From contig OZ242365.1 in assembly GCA_965208905.1 (NCBI GenBank), forward strand, positions 1,664,001 through 1,728,000: a stretch of DNA of 64,000 nucleotides, given 5' to 3'. This document shows, one piece after another, positions 28,927-39,665 of this stretch (positions are counted from its first letter, which is position 1; every line of letters starts with the position of its first letter). Under the pieces are notes generated by a model. The model did no database searches. It was not told the origin of the DNA and worked only from the letters and a program-made list of their open reading frames with translations. Made by a program: the position numbers and the translations under genes. Origin of the DNA: Nitrosopumilaceae archaeon (GTDB taxonomy: Archaea > Thermoproteota > Nitrososphaeria > Nitrososphaerales > Nitrosopumilaceae).

Positions 28927-29319
28927 CTATGGTGAAGCACCATGTTGACTTGCCAAGTTAGTTAATTCAGAGATCAGATCTCGTAGTGTGGCCATCAGCA
29001 CCGGATCCGCGGGTACTCCATGTTGGGCAGCCCCCTGCATCTTCAAGAGATCCCGCTGTGCGGCCTCCTGTGCCTTGACGAGTTCCCGACGGGTTTTACT
29101 TGCCCCCTTAACAACCTCCCGTAGATTCTTCTGACGGACCAACTCTGCATCTTTGGCGGCATTGCTCTGTTTCACTTGCACCTTAAGTTCCGCATCAATG
29201 TTCATTTTGGCTAAATGTGCAGCGGTAGGATCCAAACCGGGTGAAAACACATTACGGCAGTTTGGGCATTGCACTTCCAATATTTTACACTCTCGCGTAA
29301 TCATATTAACCGTTCCCAT
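28927..29319 (-). CDS. Hypothetical protein (Zn finger plus coiled coil)
   Basis: CPNC motif; helical C-terminus. Confidence 0.5.
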   Translation of the reverse strand: MGTVNMITRECKILEVQCPNCRNVFSPGLDPTAAHLAKMNIDAELKVQVKQSNAAKDAELVRQKNLREVVKGASKTRRELVKAQEAAQRDLLKMQGAAQHGVPADPVLMATLRDLISELTNLASQHGASP

Positions 29320-29480
29320 CCATCACTAACTTTCCAATAGTCATGGACTGGAAAGTTAACGATACATGAGCGCGGCTGGATGATGCGCAGAGGAATGACA
29401 AGAAATTTACCACGGGATGGTACATGCTCCTCCACAAGCAATAATATGAGGAGACAGATAAAGCCGATTCTGAGAATCAG

Positions 29481-30308
29481 ATGGCGAACAAGTCGGTGGA
29501 CGATGAGCTTGAACAAAGATGTAAGCGCTATCGGATAAAAAAAGAACGCGTGCTTGAAGTATACGGAACAATAAAGCCGATACTGGACGATGCCGCCTCC
29601 AACGTAGATTTAGACGCAGTCATAGAGTCACGTGAAATTATGGATGTGGCCAGAAAGCTTCGATGCAATACGGCAGTTCTCAAATTCGAGGGCGCAGAGG
29701 TAGACTACCAAAACTCCAACACATGGGTGGACATCTTGTACAAGGCCGAGGCAATGAAACTCACAAACAAGGAATGGCTGGTTTTCAGGGCAATCACATA
29801 CGTGGTTTTGGCAGAAAACATATACAATAGGATCGTAAGCGTGTTGTGTTATGCCTTGGTTCACCGAACTGCGCAGCCGCTCTTGGACAAGAAACTAAAC
29901 TGCATGACAGATTTCGAAGACATATTGTCCAAAGTTGACCTATCAGACAAGCTAAGATTTTTGCCCGACAGCTGTTCCGAACTTGCCGGTGCATGCAACC
30001 TAAACCTGCGAAATTCAGCCGCGCATATGCGATTCTGCCTCGTTCCGGATATAGACCTATGCCAAGAAACACATGGGACTTCCACGAGCTATAGCATAAC
30101 GTCTAAGATACGTGTTAAAAAACACGATTTTTACCTGTTAAAAAAAGAGCATGGTAGCTGGAAACGTCTTGACGACAAGCCAACCGACCCGAAAGAGGAG
30201 CTAACCAAGTTAATGAGCGTGACACATATGTGGCATACCGCCCTCCTGCATTATCAGGCCGTCAAATGGTTTGATGAATTTACACCACTATTCAAAAATG
30301 CCGACTAA
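29481..30308 (+). CDS. Hypothetical HEPN-like protein
   Basis: LRNSAAH fits the R-x4-H HEPN motif. Confidence 0.6.
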   Translation: MANKSVDDELEQRCKRYRIKKERVLEVYGTIKPILDDAASNVDLDAVIESREIMDVARKLRCNTAVLKFEGAEVDYQNSNTWVDILYKAEAMKLTNKEWLVFRAITYVVLAENIYNRIVSVLCYALVHRTAQPLLDKKLNCMTDFEDILSKVDLSDKLRFLPDSCSELAGACNLNLRNSAAHMRFCLVPDIDLCQETHGTSTSYSITSKIRVKKHDFYLLKKEHGSWKRLDDKPTDPKEELTKLMSVTHMWHTALLHYQAVKWFDEFTPLFKNAD

Positions 30309-30590
30309 TCTGCACGCAGTCCTGCCCGGACGCGCCGTAGAGTCCCGGAGCGCTCCCGAATCCACATTCATCTCCAAGGGGAATCATACAGAAAAGTACA
30401 CAGCCTCGGCTGTACACTTATCCCTTTTCTGACGGCCTCGTTGTATGGTGTACAGCATGGAGGGTGTTGGCTTGTAGCCCTCCTTATGCCCTGGCCGTCT
30501 TAGGACGACGTTCCCCACCACCCGATACAGGATATTCCAGGCTCCTCTCCCGGAGTCCTGTCCTCAGGATTCATGTACCGACCTTGCGGT

Positions 30591-31224
30591 TTAGACGAGG
30601 TCGTTAAACGCCTTGGTCATACCCGTAAGCAACTTACGGACAAACTCCTTTCTGTCGGTCATACCAAGGCCATACTTGTCAATGTTTCTTTCATATTTGC
30701 TTCCTTTCCTGTGGGCATCCGCACTAGACCTCAAATTCTGGACCTGTCGCAGGAGTGAAATGATATCTGTCGGTAACGATTCATGTTTGAGGAATGCATC
30801 AAGCACTGTTATGCTGCCCTCCTTCTTCAATTTCTCACACTCAGTATCCACATGCTTGAGTAATTGCTCCTTGTTTATGGAATCGGGAAGCAGTACCGCC
30901 AAGTAGTTGAACTGCCTCTCAAACTCGTCAGGGTCATCGTTCAGCGGAATCCTGATGCCCTTCTCCTTGTGAGCATCCTCTTCATGGAGTTGCAGAAATA
31001 GTCTGAAGCCGAACCGACTCTCGAACCTTTCTTGAAAGTTGCACCAAGACTCTTTGAACTTATCTACCACATCATCTGAATCTACAAACACTCCATCAAA
31101 ATCCCTGGCATAACGACTCTCAGTGATACCACCCTCTGGTGGTACATTATATATTTTCCAGTGTTGTTGTTCATTTTCCGGTAGACGCTCTTTAATATCC
31201 CCCAAATAAACCTGCACCAATTCT
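30591..31224 (-). pseudogene. C-terminal half of a gene split by the 31225-45895 element
   Basis: ORF begins at the inverted repeat; VYLGD...LPENEQQHWK; LRSSADAH HEPN-like motif. Confidence 0.7.
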
Positions 31225-31416
31225 TGAACTGTTCAGTTAACAGCGCCTGTTCAGTTATAGCGCCCAGAGTGGAAACATGGGTCGTGCACGATCAGGCGTG
31301 TGGAGTGGAAATGAGGTCAAAATTCTAGAGTGGAAACGGTGGTCGTATACCTAGATTTCTAGTCCAAGTCACAAATTTCCCACCTTTGTATATGTTACAG
31401 TTTCTTACCAGAAGCT

Positions 31417-31577
31417 ATGTGTCGTTGTTATATCGGCGACACATGTACTCTTCCTGTTGGACCTGAGAGTCGACAGGAACTGGCCCCTCCGAGGGCGCTT
31501 ACCAGAATGGCTCAAGGTACGTGAAAAGCTTCAGCCCCTCCGAGGGCGGATGGAAGTTTACCATGGTCAGGTCCGAC
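31417..31577 (+). ncRNA. Predicted IS110 bridge RNA
   Basis: 5' hairpin, closing stem GGACCTGA/TCAGGTCC, two arms with large internal loops capped by identical GCCC-CTCCGA-GGGC hairpins. Confidence 0.75.
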
Positions 31578-31599
31578 TATCCACTAAAAAGGAGGTGAA

Positions 31600-32687
31600 A
31601 TGAAAAAAAGAATTGCATTACATCGGAATTGACGTACACATGAGAAGATGTGTGGCCACCACCAAGGGAAGATCCAAAAAGGTGTTAGACCAGTTTGAGT
31701 TCAACAACGACCTGCACGGGATACGTGCGTTCGCCAGCAGAATGCTGCGCCGCGAGTACACGCCGGCGGTAGCCGTCTTTGAGTCCACCGGTAACTATTG
31801 GAAGGTACTCCACAACGAGCTAGAGGAGACAGACATCAAGCCGGTCCTGGTCAACCCGTACGACCTCAAGATCATCACTCAGGCAAAGTTTAAGGACGAC
31901 CGGGTTGACTCTGAGAGGTTGTCCGACCTAGCCAGGGGAGACCTGTATAGACCATCCTACGTTCCCACCCAGAAAGAGATGGACCTGCGCGAGCTTACCC
32001 GCACCCGCCTGGATTTGCGGTACGACGCCACCGAACACAAGAACCACGTGCACGCTATCCTGACCAAATATCCGCTCAAGAGGCCCCCGAATATCTACAC
32101 GGCCAAGGGTATGGAATGGCTGCAGACCGCACCCGTCCGGAACTACGACCGAATGGCGCTTGACTCCCACCTGTATATCCTTAATGCTACCGAGAGACGC
32201 ATATCCCTGCTGGAAAAGGAGATCTGCAGGATAGCCATCTTTGACCCGCGGGCCCGTCTTATGATGACCATGCCCGGGGTGGGACCGGTCACCGCGGTGA
32301 CCGTCCTGGCGGAGATAGGGGACACAGGCCGGTTCGCCAGGCCTGAGCAGCTGACCGCCTACGCGGGTCTGGTGCCGTCCCACAGGAACAGCGCAGACAC
32401 AGTCCGGACCGGCGGCATCACCAAAGTCCGGATCCCGCTGGCTCAGGAACGCGGCCGTAGAGGCGGCGTTCGTGGCTGTCCGGCACGACCCATACCGCAA
32501 GGGTAGATACGAGCGACTGGCCGCCAGGAGAGGCCCGCAGAAGGCTCGGGTCGCCGCGGCTCGGGAGATGCTAGAGGACATGTGGTACATGCTGACCAGG
32601 AACGAACCATATAACCATCCCAACTAAACCATGACCAACCGCAAGATGACCAACGCCAGGCGCGTGGCCAACCGGGATATTGCCTAG
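31600..32687 (+). pseudogene. IS110 recombinase, frameshifted
   Basis: YIGIDVH, FESTG, KDDRVD, PGVG, YAGLVPSHRNS; frame change near 32425; ATG 31600 after GGAGGTGA is out of frame at an A7 run; TAA at 32625 may be premature. Confidence 0.85.
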
Positions 32688-33123
32688 GGTATACCGGTTC
32701 GGGGGCGTTTCGCCGCCCCCTGCCCAGCGAGGGGCGGCTCAACGCCCTTTGTACCTCCCCGCCGTCTGGTTGCTCAAAAATAATGCAGTAGAAAGCCAAC
32801 CATCTGCAACTTCACGGGGTTAACACCTGCCCTTTTCCCCGGGGACGCGTGGGGGATTCTGCGCACCATAATTTCCTATACGCCCGCAATCCACTTGGAA
32901 CATACACTCAAACCACTTTGGATGGGGTTTACATACTGTATAATGCCGTATTGGTGCCCCCATCTTGCAAAAAGATACTCTAATACTTAAAAATCAGACA
33001 GACCCATACCATTTGGACCGGATCAAATGTATTACCAACACATAACATCAATGGGTTTTAGCAACCCAAACACATGGAAGTTCCCAATGTTTTTAACTAT
33101 CTTCATCTTGACGCCGTCTGGGT

Positions 33124-34482
33124 TTACACATCCTTGACTTTCACCATGCCTGACATCCATGGGTGAACTAGATCAAAGTACGGATACTCGCCCACTTTCT
33201 CAAAGATATGGGAGAACTTGGCTCCGGGTGCGAACAGGCCGCTGTCGAACATGCCGTTCGGCCCTCCCTCCGTTAGCACACCACTGATAACCGTATGTGC
33301 GGCCACATCGTCATTTGTCCAAACTACCTCTACGCCAACATCCACGGTAATCGTATGTGGAACATAACACCCCTTCGTCTCCTCGCAGCCGGGCACCGAA
33401 GATCCTTCGGTGATGGTTACGTGCGCTGGCGACATGTGAGGTATAACTGGCCGTGCGGAATCGCCAAAGAATAACACAAAGTCATACGGGTTGAGTCCTG
33501 CACGATTTATCAAACTGATAGATTTTTGTATTCGGGCTTTGGTAGAGCCTAGATCCGTGTTAAGAAAGAGTTTGCCCGCCCCTCTTTTGGCAGTGAAAAC
33601 TCTTCCGTTCTGGTGTATTGGTTGAGTGTTAAGTATTGCGTTGTTTGGACCTATCGGCACAGGACAATGCGATTCATTAAGGTAATCTTTGCTGACCAGC
33701 CAGTTGGCCACACCAGACAACATGTCCACCCATGATTTCAGTTCTACTCTGCTACCATCCGGACATATCAACTCCTTAGGGTATCTCATACCTTTCGTGT
33801 ATTCTATGTCGGGTAGCTTGACATCACCATCTGGACGGATCAGCCTTGGTGCCGTAGCCGGCCTGTCGGTATCGGGGGTGGGTTTTTTGCGCTTTGCCGC
33901 GGGCACTGACCGCGCAGTGGTAGGGGCTAGAACATGGCCGCCGCCCACACGCTCCATCAGTACTACGCGTTTATCATACATCTGTATCTTGTATAGCTCC
34001 ACCGTGGAGTCATTCTCCGCTCCGAATATCTGGTATTTGTCGAACTCCGGCGCCATTATAATCGCGTACATTTTTTCCCAATCAAACGAATTCTTTTGGC
34101 GCGAATTGTCCTTCTTTTTCTTATACAGCAACACGAGATCAGCATTGTGCACCCTCATGGAGTTCAGGTAAGTCCTAGCCTGGTCTACCGCCCCTGCGCT
34201 ACGTTTGTTTTTGTACTCCAAGGCAACAAACGTGTTCAGGCCTGTGTCGAACGCGACGGTGTCGGGGCGAAGCTCGCCTCCGGCCATCTCTTGGAACTCT
34301 CTTGTTAGGAATACCAGGCCGGGAAACAGTTTCTCAATGTTGGCTTCGATCAACCTGTGCATCTGGTCTTCGTTATCAAATGCATAAGCCCTCAACTCAC
34401 CCAGGGTGGATTTGTCCGACAGCTCGAACATTCGAGTGTTGTGTGTATCACCGAAACGGTATCCTCTTGCCATTGGCACCAT
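33124..34482 (-). CDS. PD-(D/E)xK nuclease (NucS-like) fused to a C-terminal cupredoxin domain
   Basis: NEDQMH...RPDTVAFD...ALEYK...QARTY; C-terminal GSSVPGCE...WTNDDVAAHTV...YFDLVHPWM. Confidence 0.8.
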   Translation of the reverse strand: MVPMARGYRFGDTHNTRMFELSDKSTLGELRAYAFDNEDQMHRLIEANIEKLFPGLVFLTREFQEMAGGELRPDTVAFDTGLNTFVALEYKNKRSAGAVDQARTYLNSMRVHNADLVLLYKKKKDNSRQKNSFDWEKMYAIIMAPEFDKYQIFGAENDSTVELYKIQMYDKRVVLMERVGGGHVLAPTTARSVPAAKRKKPTPDTDRPATAPRLIRPDGDVKLPDIEYTKGMRYPKELICPDGSRVELKSWVDMLSGVANWLVSKDYLNESHCPVPIGPNNAILNTQPIHQNGRVFTAKRGAGKLFLNTDLGSTKARIQKSISLINRAGLNPYDFVLFFGDSARPVIPHMSPAHVTITEGSSVPGCEETKGCYVPHTITVDVGVEVVWTNDDVAAHTVISGVLTEGGPNGMFDSGLFAPGAKFSHIFEKVGEYPYFDLVHPWMSGMVKVKDV

Positions 34483-34518
34483 TTATGGCATCCGGGTTTT
34501 TATTGATTGTGTTGTTGG

Positions 34519-34704
34519 GGGGCTGGGAAGAAATGCTGACCTAGGGAAAGTGCTGACCTGAAGTGGGAAGAAGTGCTAACCTGACCTAGATTTCCACTCC
34601 GACCCCAATTTCCACTCCGCACACCTAATCACACCAGACCACCATTTCCACTCTGGGTCACATATTTCCCAACTTCTTCTAGGTCACCATATCTTCCCAG
34701 CCCC
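34519..34704. mobile_element. MITE-like 186-bp element
   Basis: 26-bp inverted ends GGGGCTGGGAAGAAATGCTGACCTAG (24/26 match); internal TTTCCACTC repeats. Confidence 0.75.
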
Positions 34705-34736
34705 TTACAAAGACTTAACAGGTCCGCCTGTGATGT

Positions 34737-35396
34737 GTGATCATGGAGATTGTAAAATTCACCATACCAGACAATAAGGGCAGGCCTGTTCCGTTTACGA
34801 TAAAGGTGGATGTACCACGCGATACCATACGCGCTGCCATGGATGAGGTCATCCACATCTTTAAGGCCAAGGGCTACATGGCTGGTGAGTTCGCTTGGAG
34901 GCGTAAATTAGCCGCCCTCGTGATTGTGGAGCCTGAGGAATATTGTGGCCAAGAGGATAAGGTTGGTCGTTTACCGTTCGGGATAAGCAGTAGTCTGTAC
35001 GACAAGATCGACCAATGGTATCCATTCTGGGACATTGTGCCGTCGAATAGTCGTGGAGTATTACTCAAGTTGAAAGATGAGTGGCACAAGTCAATGAGGG
35101 ATTGGCTCAATGAACGGAATGAGAGATCCGTCCGGGAGGAAGAGGATATTATGCTCCGGGAAACGGACACATGGGAGGATCTGGACGAGATAGACAGGTT
35201 ATTGTCCAGTATACTAGAACATGCGTCAAAAATGAGCTCTGAGTTTGTTATAATATCGCGGTCACCAGATCGTGACATGTCTAAAGTGGTCAAGACATTG
35301 GACCACATGGCCACCCTTAAGTTGGAGGTGGAGCGGGCACAGATGATACTGCGCCGACTTGGTCGGTACAGAAAGGACGTGAACGCGTCCGCGTAA
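34737..35396 (+). CDS. Hypothetical protein
   Basis: 219-aa ORF between repeats. Confidence 0.65.
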   Translation: MIMEIVKFTIPDNKGRPVPFTIKVDVPRDTIRAAMDEVIHIFKAKGYMAGEFAWRRKLAALVIVEPEEYCGQEDKVGRLPFGISSSLYDKIDQWYPFWDIVPSNSRGVLLKLKDEWHKSMRDWLNERNERSVREEEDIMLRETDTWEDLDEIDRLLSSILEHASKMSSEFVIISRSPDRDMSKVVKTLDHMATLKLEVERAQMILRRLGRYRKDVNASA

Positions 35397-35454
35397 GGCC
35401 AACTTCGCACTTCCATGGAAGTACCTAATTCCAGACTACCGCATGTGGAAGGTG

Positions 35455-36498
35455 TGTATTATGTCGAAATTATTTCGCCTAGTCATCGGTGTCCCTCTCC
35501 ATCCATTCTAAGTCACTCTTCCTGACATCATCTGGTACTTTTTTGTTGTGAAATGCCTGTAGCGGGGTCTCGCCATTGTTTATGTCTAAAGACCAGTGCA
35601 GTCGCACCTCGTTGTAGTACGCGACAAACTCCGCTAGGCTGCCAAAATGACATAGTTCTTCTTCCAAGGTGCGGTGGAACCGTTCAAGCTTGCCGTTTGT
35701 TTGTGGGTGGTAGGGGCGGGTGTTGATCAACTCAATACCCCGGTCAAGCAGCTCTGCCTCAAATATAGTGGGGGTCCATGATTTTGCAGGAATCTTTCTT
35801 CTCACACCCACAAAGCACGATCCGTTGTCGGAGAGTATGGTGGCCGGGGTTCCAAACTCAACAATGCTATTTTGCAGGACTGTTACCGCGTTCTCGGATG
35901 TGGCCCCCTTGAATATCATGGCTCCAACCACACATCTTGACGCATCATCAAGATATGTGATTAATTGGTAGCCTTGAAAACGTGGATCTTTCATCGCATG
36001 CCAGTCCGTATGCCACATCGCATTGGAGTATCTGCGCTCATAGCGTATCCATTTACGCCTGCGCGATTTTGCTGCAGATAGAGTGACCATATTGTTTTCT
36101 TTCATGATTGTGTATACCGTTTTTTCACTTATTTGTATGCCCTTGTGATTTAAGTACTTGGTGATCCTTGTGACGCCTGCTGGCATTATACGATGTGCTG
36201 CTAGTACGACGTTGGTTTGCTCCTCGGTGGGAGGAATCTTGGGTCTGCCTGGCATTTGTAGTGTGGGAATCTTGCCCGTTGCACGATACATTGCCCAGAG
36301 TTGTTGTACGCGTCTCTGGCTAATCTTCATCTCTGTAGCAATGTGTGATGTACTACTACCTTTCCTGCATTGTCGAATGATATAATCTATCTGCTTCTGT
36401 GTCAGATTGACTCTCATGGGTTTGCGTGATCTATATAGACTAAAATATTCTTTGGTTGGCAGTCTAAAGTTAGGGCGAACTAATTTCCGCACAATAGA
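35455..36498 (-). mobile_element. IS481-family element with a 16-bp target duplication
   Basis: IRs TGTATTATGTCGAAATTATTTCGC / TCTATTGTGCGGAAATTAGTTCGC; CCGCATGTGGAAGGTG at 35439-35454 and 36499-36514. Confidence 0.9.
35479..36417 (-). CDS. IS481-family DDE transposase
   Basis: WHTDW, LDDASR, LSDNGS, PQTNGKLER; start ATG 36417 lies inside the IR boundary. Confidence 0.93.
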   Translation of the reverse strand: MRVNLTQKQIDYIIRQCRKGSSTSHIATEMKISQRRVQQLWAMYRATGKIPTLQMPGRPKIPPTEEQTNVVLAAHRIMPAGVTRITKYLNHKGIQISEKTVYTIMKENNMVTLSAAKSRRRKWIRYERRYSNAMWHTDWHAMKDPRFQGYQLITYLDDASRCVVGAMIFKGATSENAVTVLQNSIVEFGTPATILSDNGSCFVGVRRKIPAKSWTPTIFEAELLDRGIELINTRPYHPQTNGKLERFHRTLEEELCHFGSLAEFVAYYNEVRLHWSLDINNGETPLQAFHNKKVPDDVRKSDLEWMERDTDD

Positions 36499-36509
36499 CC
36501 GCATGTGGA

Positions 36510-36557
36510 AGGTGCCAAGAACTTATGACCTGTACAAGACTGTCAAAAAAGTGACCT
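36510..36557 (+). repeat. ~48-bp inverted repeat paired with 39874-39919
   Basis: aggtgccaagaacttatgacctgtacaagactgtcaaaaaagtgacc versus reverse complement aggtgtcaagaactatgacttgcacaaaactgtcaaaaaagtgacc. Confidence 0.8.
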
Positions 36558-36684
36558 GAAATGGGAATGGTGGTCAACGCTTCTATTTCAACCCCTCTTC
36601 AATTATCAATGCCAACTCCCTAGTTTAACATGAAAATGTGATAGAACATACATGACGCACTTGCAATCCAGCCGGCGCAGTTCT

Positions 36685-37792
36685 CTAGCGGTTGTTCACT
36701 ATATCATCCCACGCGATCTTGTGCTCATATCGTATCGTGGGATCCTTCTCGACTAACGTCACATAGTTGGCCACAAATATCGCTGGCGTCCTGACGAGTC
36801 GTAGATAATACTTTAGCGTGTCAAGTACACCGTTCACTATGACTTGGCAACCATGCTCCCTCTTTATCCGTATCACCTCAGTGGTGATTTGTTCTACAGA
36901 TTCTCCCTCCACGGTAGTCAGCATGTAATATCGATCAATCTGTTGACTGCGGAACTTTTCGTATGCATTACGGATCATACTGACCGTAATTACTTGGCCG
37001 TGTTTGATCTCCACTGCCTCAAACACCGTATTACGTTCCGGATCTGTCACCTCAATGTCTCCTGTCGCGCCTGACTTGGAATCGGCGGAAGTATGTGATT
37101 CCAAAGGCAAAAGGAGTTTGTGTTTGTAACGTGACACTTCGCCACCCCCCCCCCCCGCCAACCATTTGCTGATATACTGCATATATTGCTAGGACGGGTA
37201 GTCGGGCTTTCCCTGATCCACCACGCTCAAAATGTTCGGTCAAATAGGATACGATTTCTCTTATGGTTAGATTCGTTGGCTTTGATAGCGCCACATTCTC
37301 CTTGTCCCTACGCTGTTTTAGCAACCAGAACATATACACAATCAGTGGTTCTGGACTAACTGTCCCCCGTTCAACACTATCTATAATTCTCAAGAACGCA
37401 TCTTTAATGCCCTTTCCTGATATTTTGCCCGGATAGTCCAAGGTGTATGGATGCGCTTGTTCAAACGATCTAGTGAGCCAGCCCGAACCACTTTTCATGT
37501 ATGGAAATCCATTCTTTGCAAGAAACGGGGTTACCTTGCTTGTATCTAGTCCCCTGCCAGAATAGCCGCCGGGCATCTCTGATCTGTGCAGTCGAATATC
37601 TTGTTTAATGTCTACGGATTTTTTGACCAATGATGTGAGTAATACAGTCATGGGGGAGGTGTTCCGCCACTGTACCAACACGCCAATATCCTCCATCACA
37701 CTTTCAGGAATGCCCAACTTTGGCACCCTATTCAACTTTATTCCGTCCCGCAGGCTACGCTCTAGTACCGCCTGATGTTTATCCAGACTCAT
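36685..37792 (-). pseudogene. Type II restriction endonuclease, frameshifted at a G12 tract
   Basis: Two overlapping ORFs meet at C12 (37145-37156); GDIEV...EAVEIK nuclease motif in the downstream part; overlaps the methylase gene. Confidence 0.78.
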
Positions 37793-38774
37793 CTCCTATC
37801 CGTTCTTTTGCAGCGGCGCAGTATTCTGGGTTGATATCCATACCAATATAATGCCGTCCCATTGCCTTGGCCGCCACACCTGTACTACCGCTCCCAATAT
37901 ATGGATCAAGTACTACGGCTCCTGGTGGTGTCAACAATGCTATCAGCTCCTTAATGAGTTGTACAGGGTATATTGCAGGATGGCTATTCCATTTGAGGTT
38001 CTCGACATGGCATGTGATTGCATCTTTCTTCAGTGATGCACCATGCATGTGTATGATTGTGAAGCCCTGTTTTTGTATCTGAGAAAGGCGTCCTCCAGCA
38101 TTGCCACCGAACGGCAACGAGTGAATACCACGTACCTTCATCCTGAAGTCTGTAATCTTCCCACTCCGTACATCAGCAATGGCATTGTCTAGTGCCGCCA
38201 GCGCATTGGTCTTCTGTTCTCGGGTAAGGTCTGAGTCCTGTATAATCATCCTGTACCTATTGCCGAGTGAAGGGGACACGTTCGGGCGTGTTTTTGGTGG
38301 AGTACGCATGAATGAGTCCAAGTCATAATAATAATCTGGGCTTTTCACAAAGTGAAAAAATGGTTCCGTACTGCTGACTAATCGGCGCTTGTATTGCCTT
38401 GGTGTAGGATTGGTCTTGAACCATGTTATATCATTGACAAGGTAGACATTCCTAGTATCCATAATACGGATGGCGAACCGATATGGCACCAACAGTAGTC
38501 CTCCACCCGAATATTTGTCCCCCATGTTGAACACAATACTACCCCGGGGGTTGACCACCCTCACACACTCATCAAACACATCCAACATTGCATCAATGTA
38601 ATTATCCACACCATACTCATCACCGGCAGCACCCCCGGCTCCGGCCCGTTGATTGAAGTATGGTGGAGATGTGACAACCAAGTGTATGGTGTTATCGGGG
38701 ATCTGCCGTAGTAACCTGCAACTATTCCCACACTGTACCGTGTCAAGAAATGGTATGACTTGTGTCTCCTGCAT
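37779..38774 (-). CDS. N4-cytosine/N6-adenine DNA methyltransferase (beta class)
   Basis: VTSPPY, HPAIYP, VLDPYIGSGST. Confidence 0.95.
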   Translation of the reverse strand: MQETQVIPFLDTVQCGNSCRLLRQIPDNTIHLVVTSPPYFNQRAGAGGAAGDEYGVDNYIDAMLDVFDECVRVVNPRGSIVFNMGDKYSGGGLLLVPYRFAIRIMDTRNVYLVNDITWFKTNPTPRQYKRRLVSSTEPFFHFVKSPDYYYDLDSFMRTPPKTRPNVSPSLGNRYRMIIQDSDLTREQKTNALAALDNAIADVRSGKITDFRMKVRGIHSLPFGGNAGGRLSQIQKQGFTIIHMHGASLKKDAITCHVENLKWNSHPAIYPVQLIKELIALLTPPGAVVLDPYIGSGSTGVAAKAMGRHYIGMDINPEYCAAAKERIGDESG

Positions 38775-38851
38775 GATTTGTAATTTACAACCACTGTTTT
38801 TACGTGTATCGTAGACTCAACATATATCTGACAACGTACAGTTGATGTAAC

Positions 38852-39664
38852 ATGAAAATGGAAATGCTGAGCGATACCACTCTTGAAGAGGTGGCCAGAC
38901 TGCTAGCAGACTGTTGTACTGGATCATATATTACTGGCGTGTTCCACAACCAAAACATTCCGGATGAGTTGGGATACAACCAAACCAAGTGGAGGCGCCT
39001 ATACCATGCGTTCGTATCATCTCAAAACAAATATCAGTGCTCAAACCACACTTTTGCCGTGATCAAGGCCATTCTTGATCCGGTCCGGTTTAGAAATAAC
39101 CCTGATGGGTTTGAGAACATTCGCCGGGATCTAAACACCGTGCTAGCTTTCTCTGGTTTTGAGTACGGTGACGATAGGAATTTCAGAAGATGTACTACCG
39201 CTCAGACACTTACCGAGGCACAACGGCATGACACAATGCTGGTAAAACTGCAGGGGAGGAACATACACCAACGGGTGCTCGCCTATTGTAAAGCCGAACT
39301 CTTGCAGGACAACTACTTTCATGCTGTCTTTGAAGCATCCAAAGGATTGGCCGAGCATATCCGTGAAAAATCCGGAAGCGCCAAGGACGGCGCCGCTCTG
39401 GTCGACGAGGTTTTTACGGTGAAGAGTCCAATATTGGCATTTAACGATCTAAAGACTGAAACGGAGATAAGCGAGCACACCGGGTTTGCCGCCCTGCTGA
39501 AGGGGTGCTTTGCCGCCATCCGAAACCCGCGCGCCCACACACCGAGGATACATTGGGAGGGAGACGACAACGCGGCTGACTACCTTACACTGATCTCGTT
39601 GCTTCACCGTAAGATAGACAGCTGCCACAGGGTGAATGAGTCTGTCTTTAAGAATATGTTCTGA
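38852..39664 (+). CDS. TIGR02391/Ymh-family protein (HEPN-like)
   Basis: TKWRRLY, NYFHAVFEASK, DGAALVD, IRNPRAH. Confidence 0.85.
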   Translation: MKMEMLSDTTLEEVARLLADCCTGSYITGVFHNQNIPDELGYNQTKWRRLYHAFVSSQNKYQCSNHTFAVIKAILDPVRFRNNPDGFENIRRDLNTVLAFSGFEYGDDRNFRRCTTAQTLTEAQRHDTMLVKLQGRNIHQRVLAYCKAELLQDNYFHAVFEASKGLAEHIREKSGSAKDGAALVDEVFTVKSPILAFNDLKTETEISEHTGFAALLKGCFAAIRNPRAHTPRIHWEGDDNAADYLTLISLLHRKIDSCHRVNESVFKNMF

Positions 39665-39665
39665 G

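Larger units (their letters stand above)
31413..33080 (+). mobile_element. IS110-family element
   Basis: Junctions CTTACCAGA-AG-CT and ATGGA-AG-TTCC share a core and match the predicted bridge-RNA loops. Confidence 0.75.
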
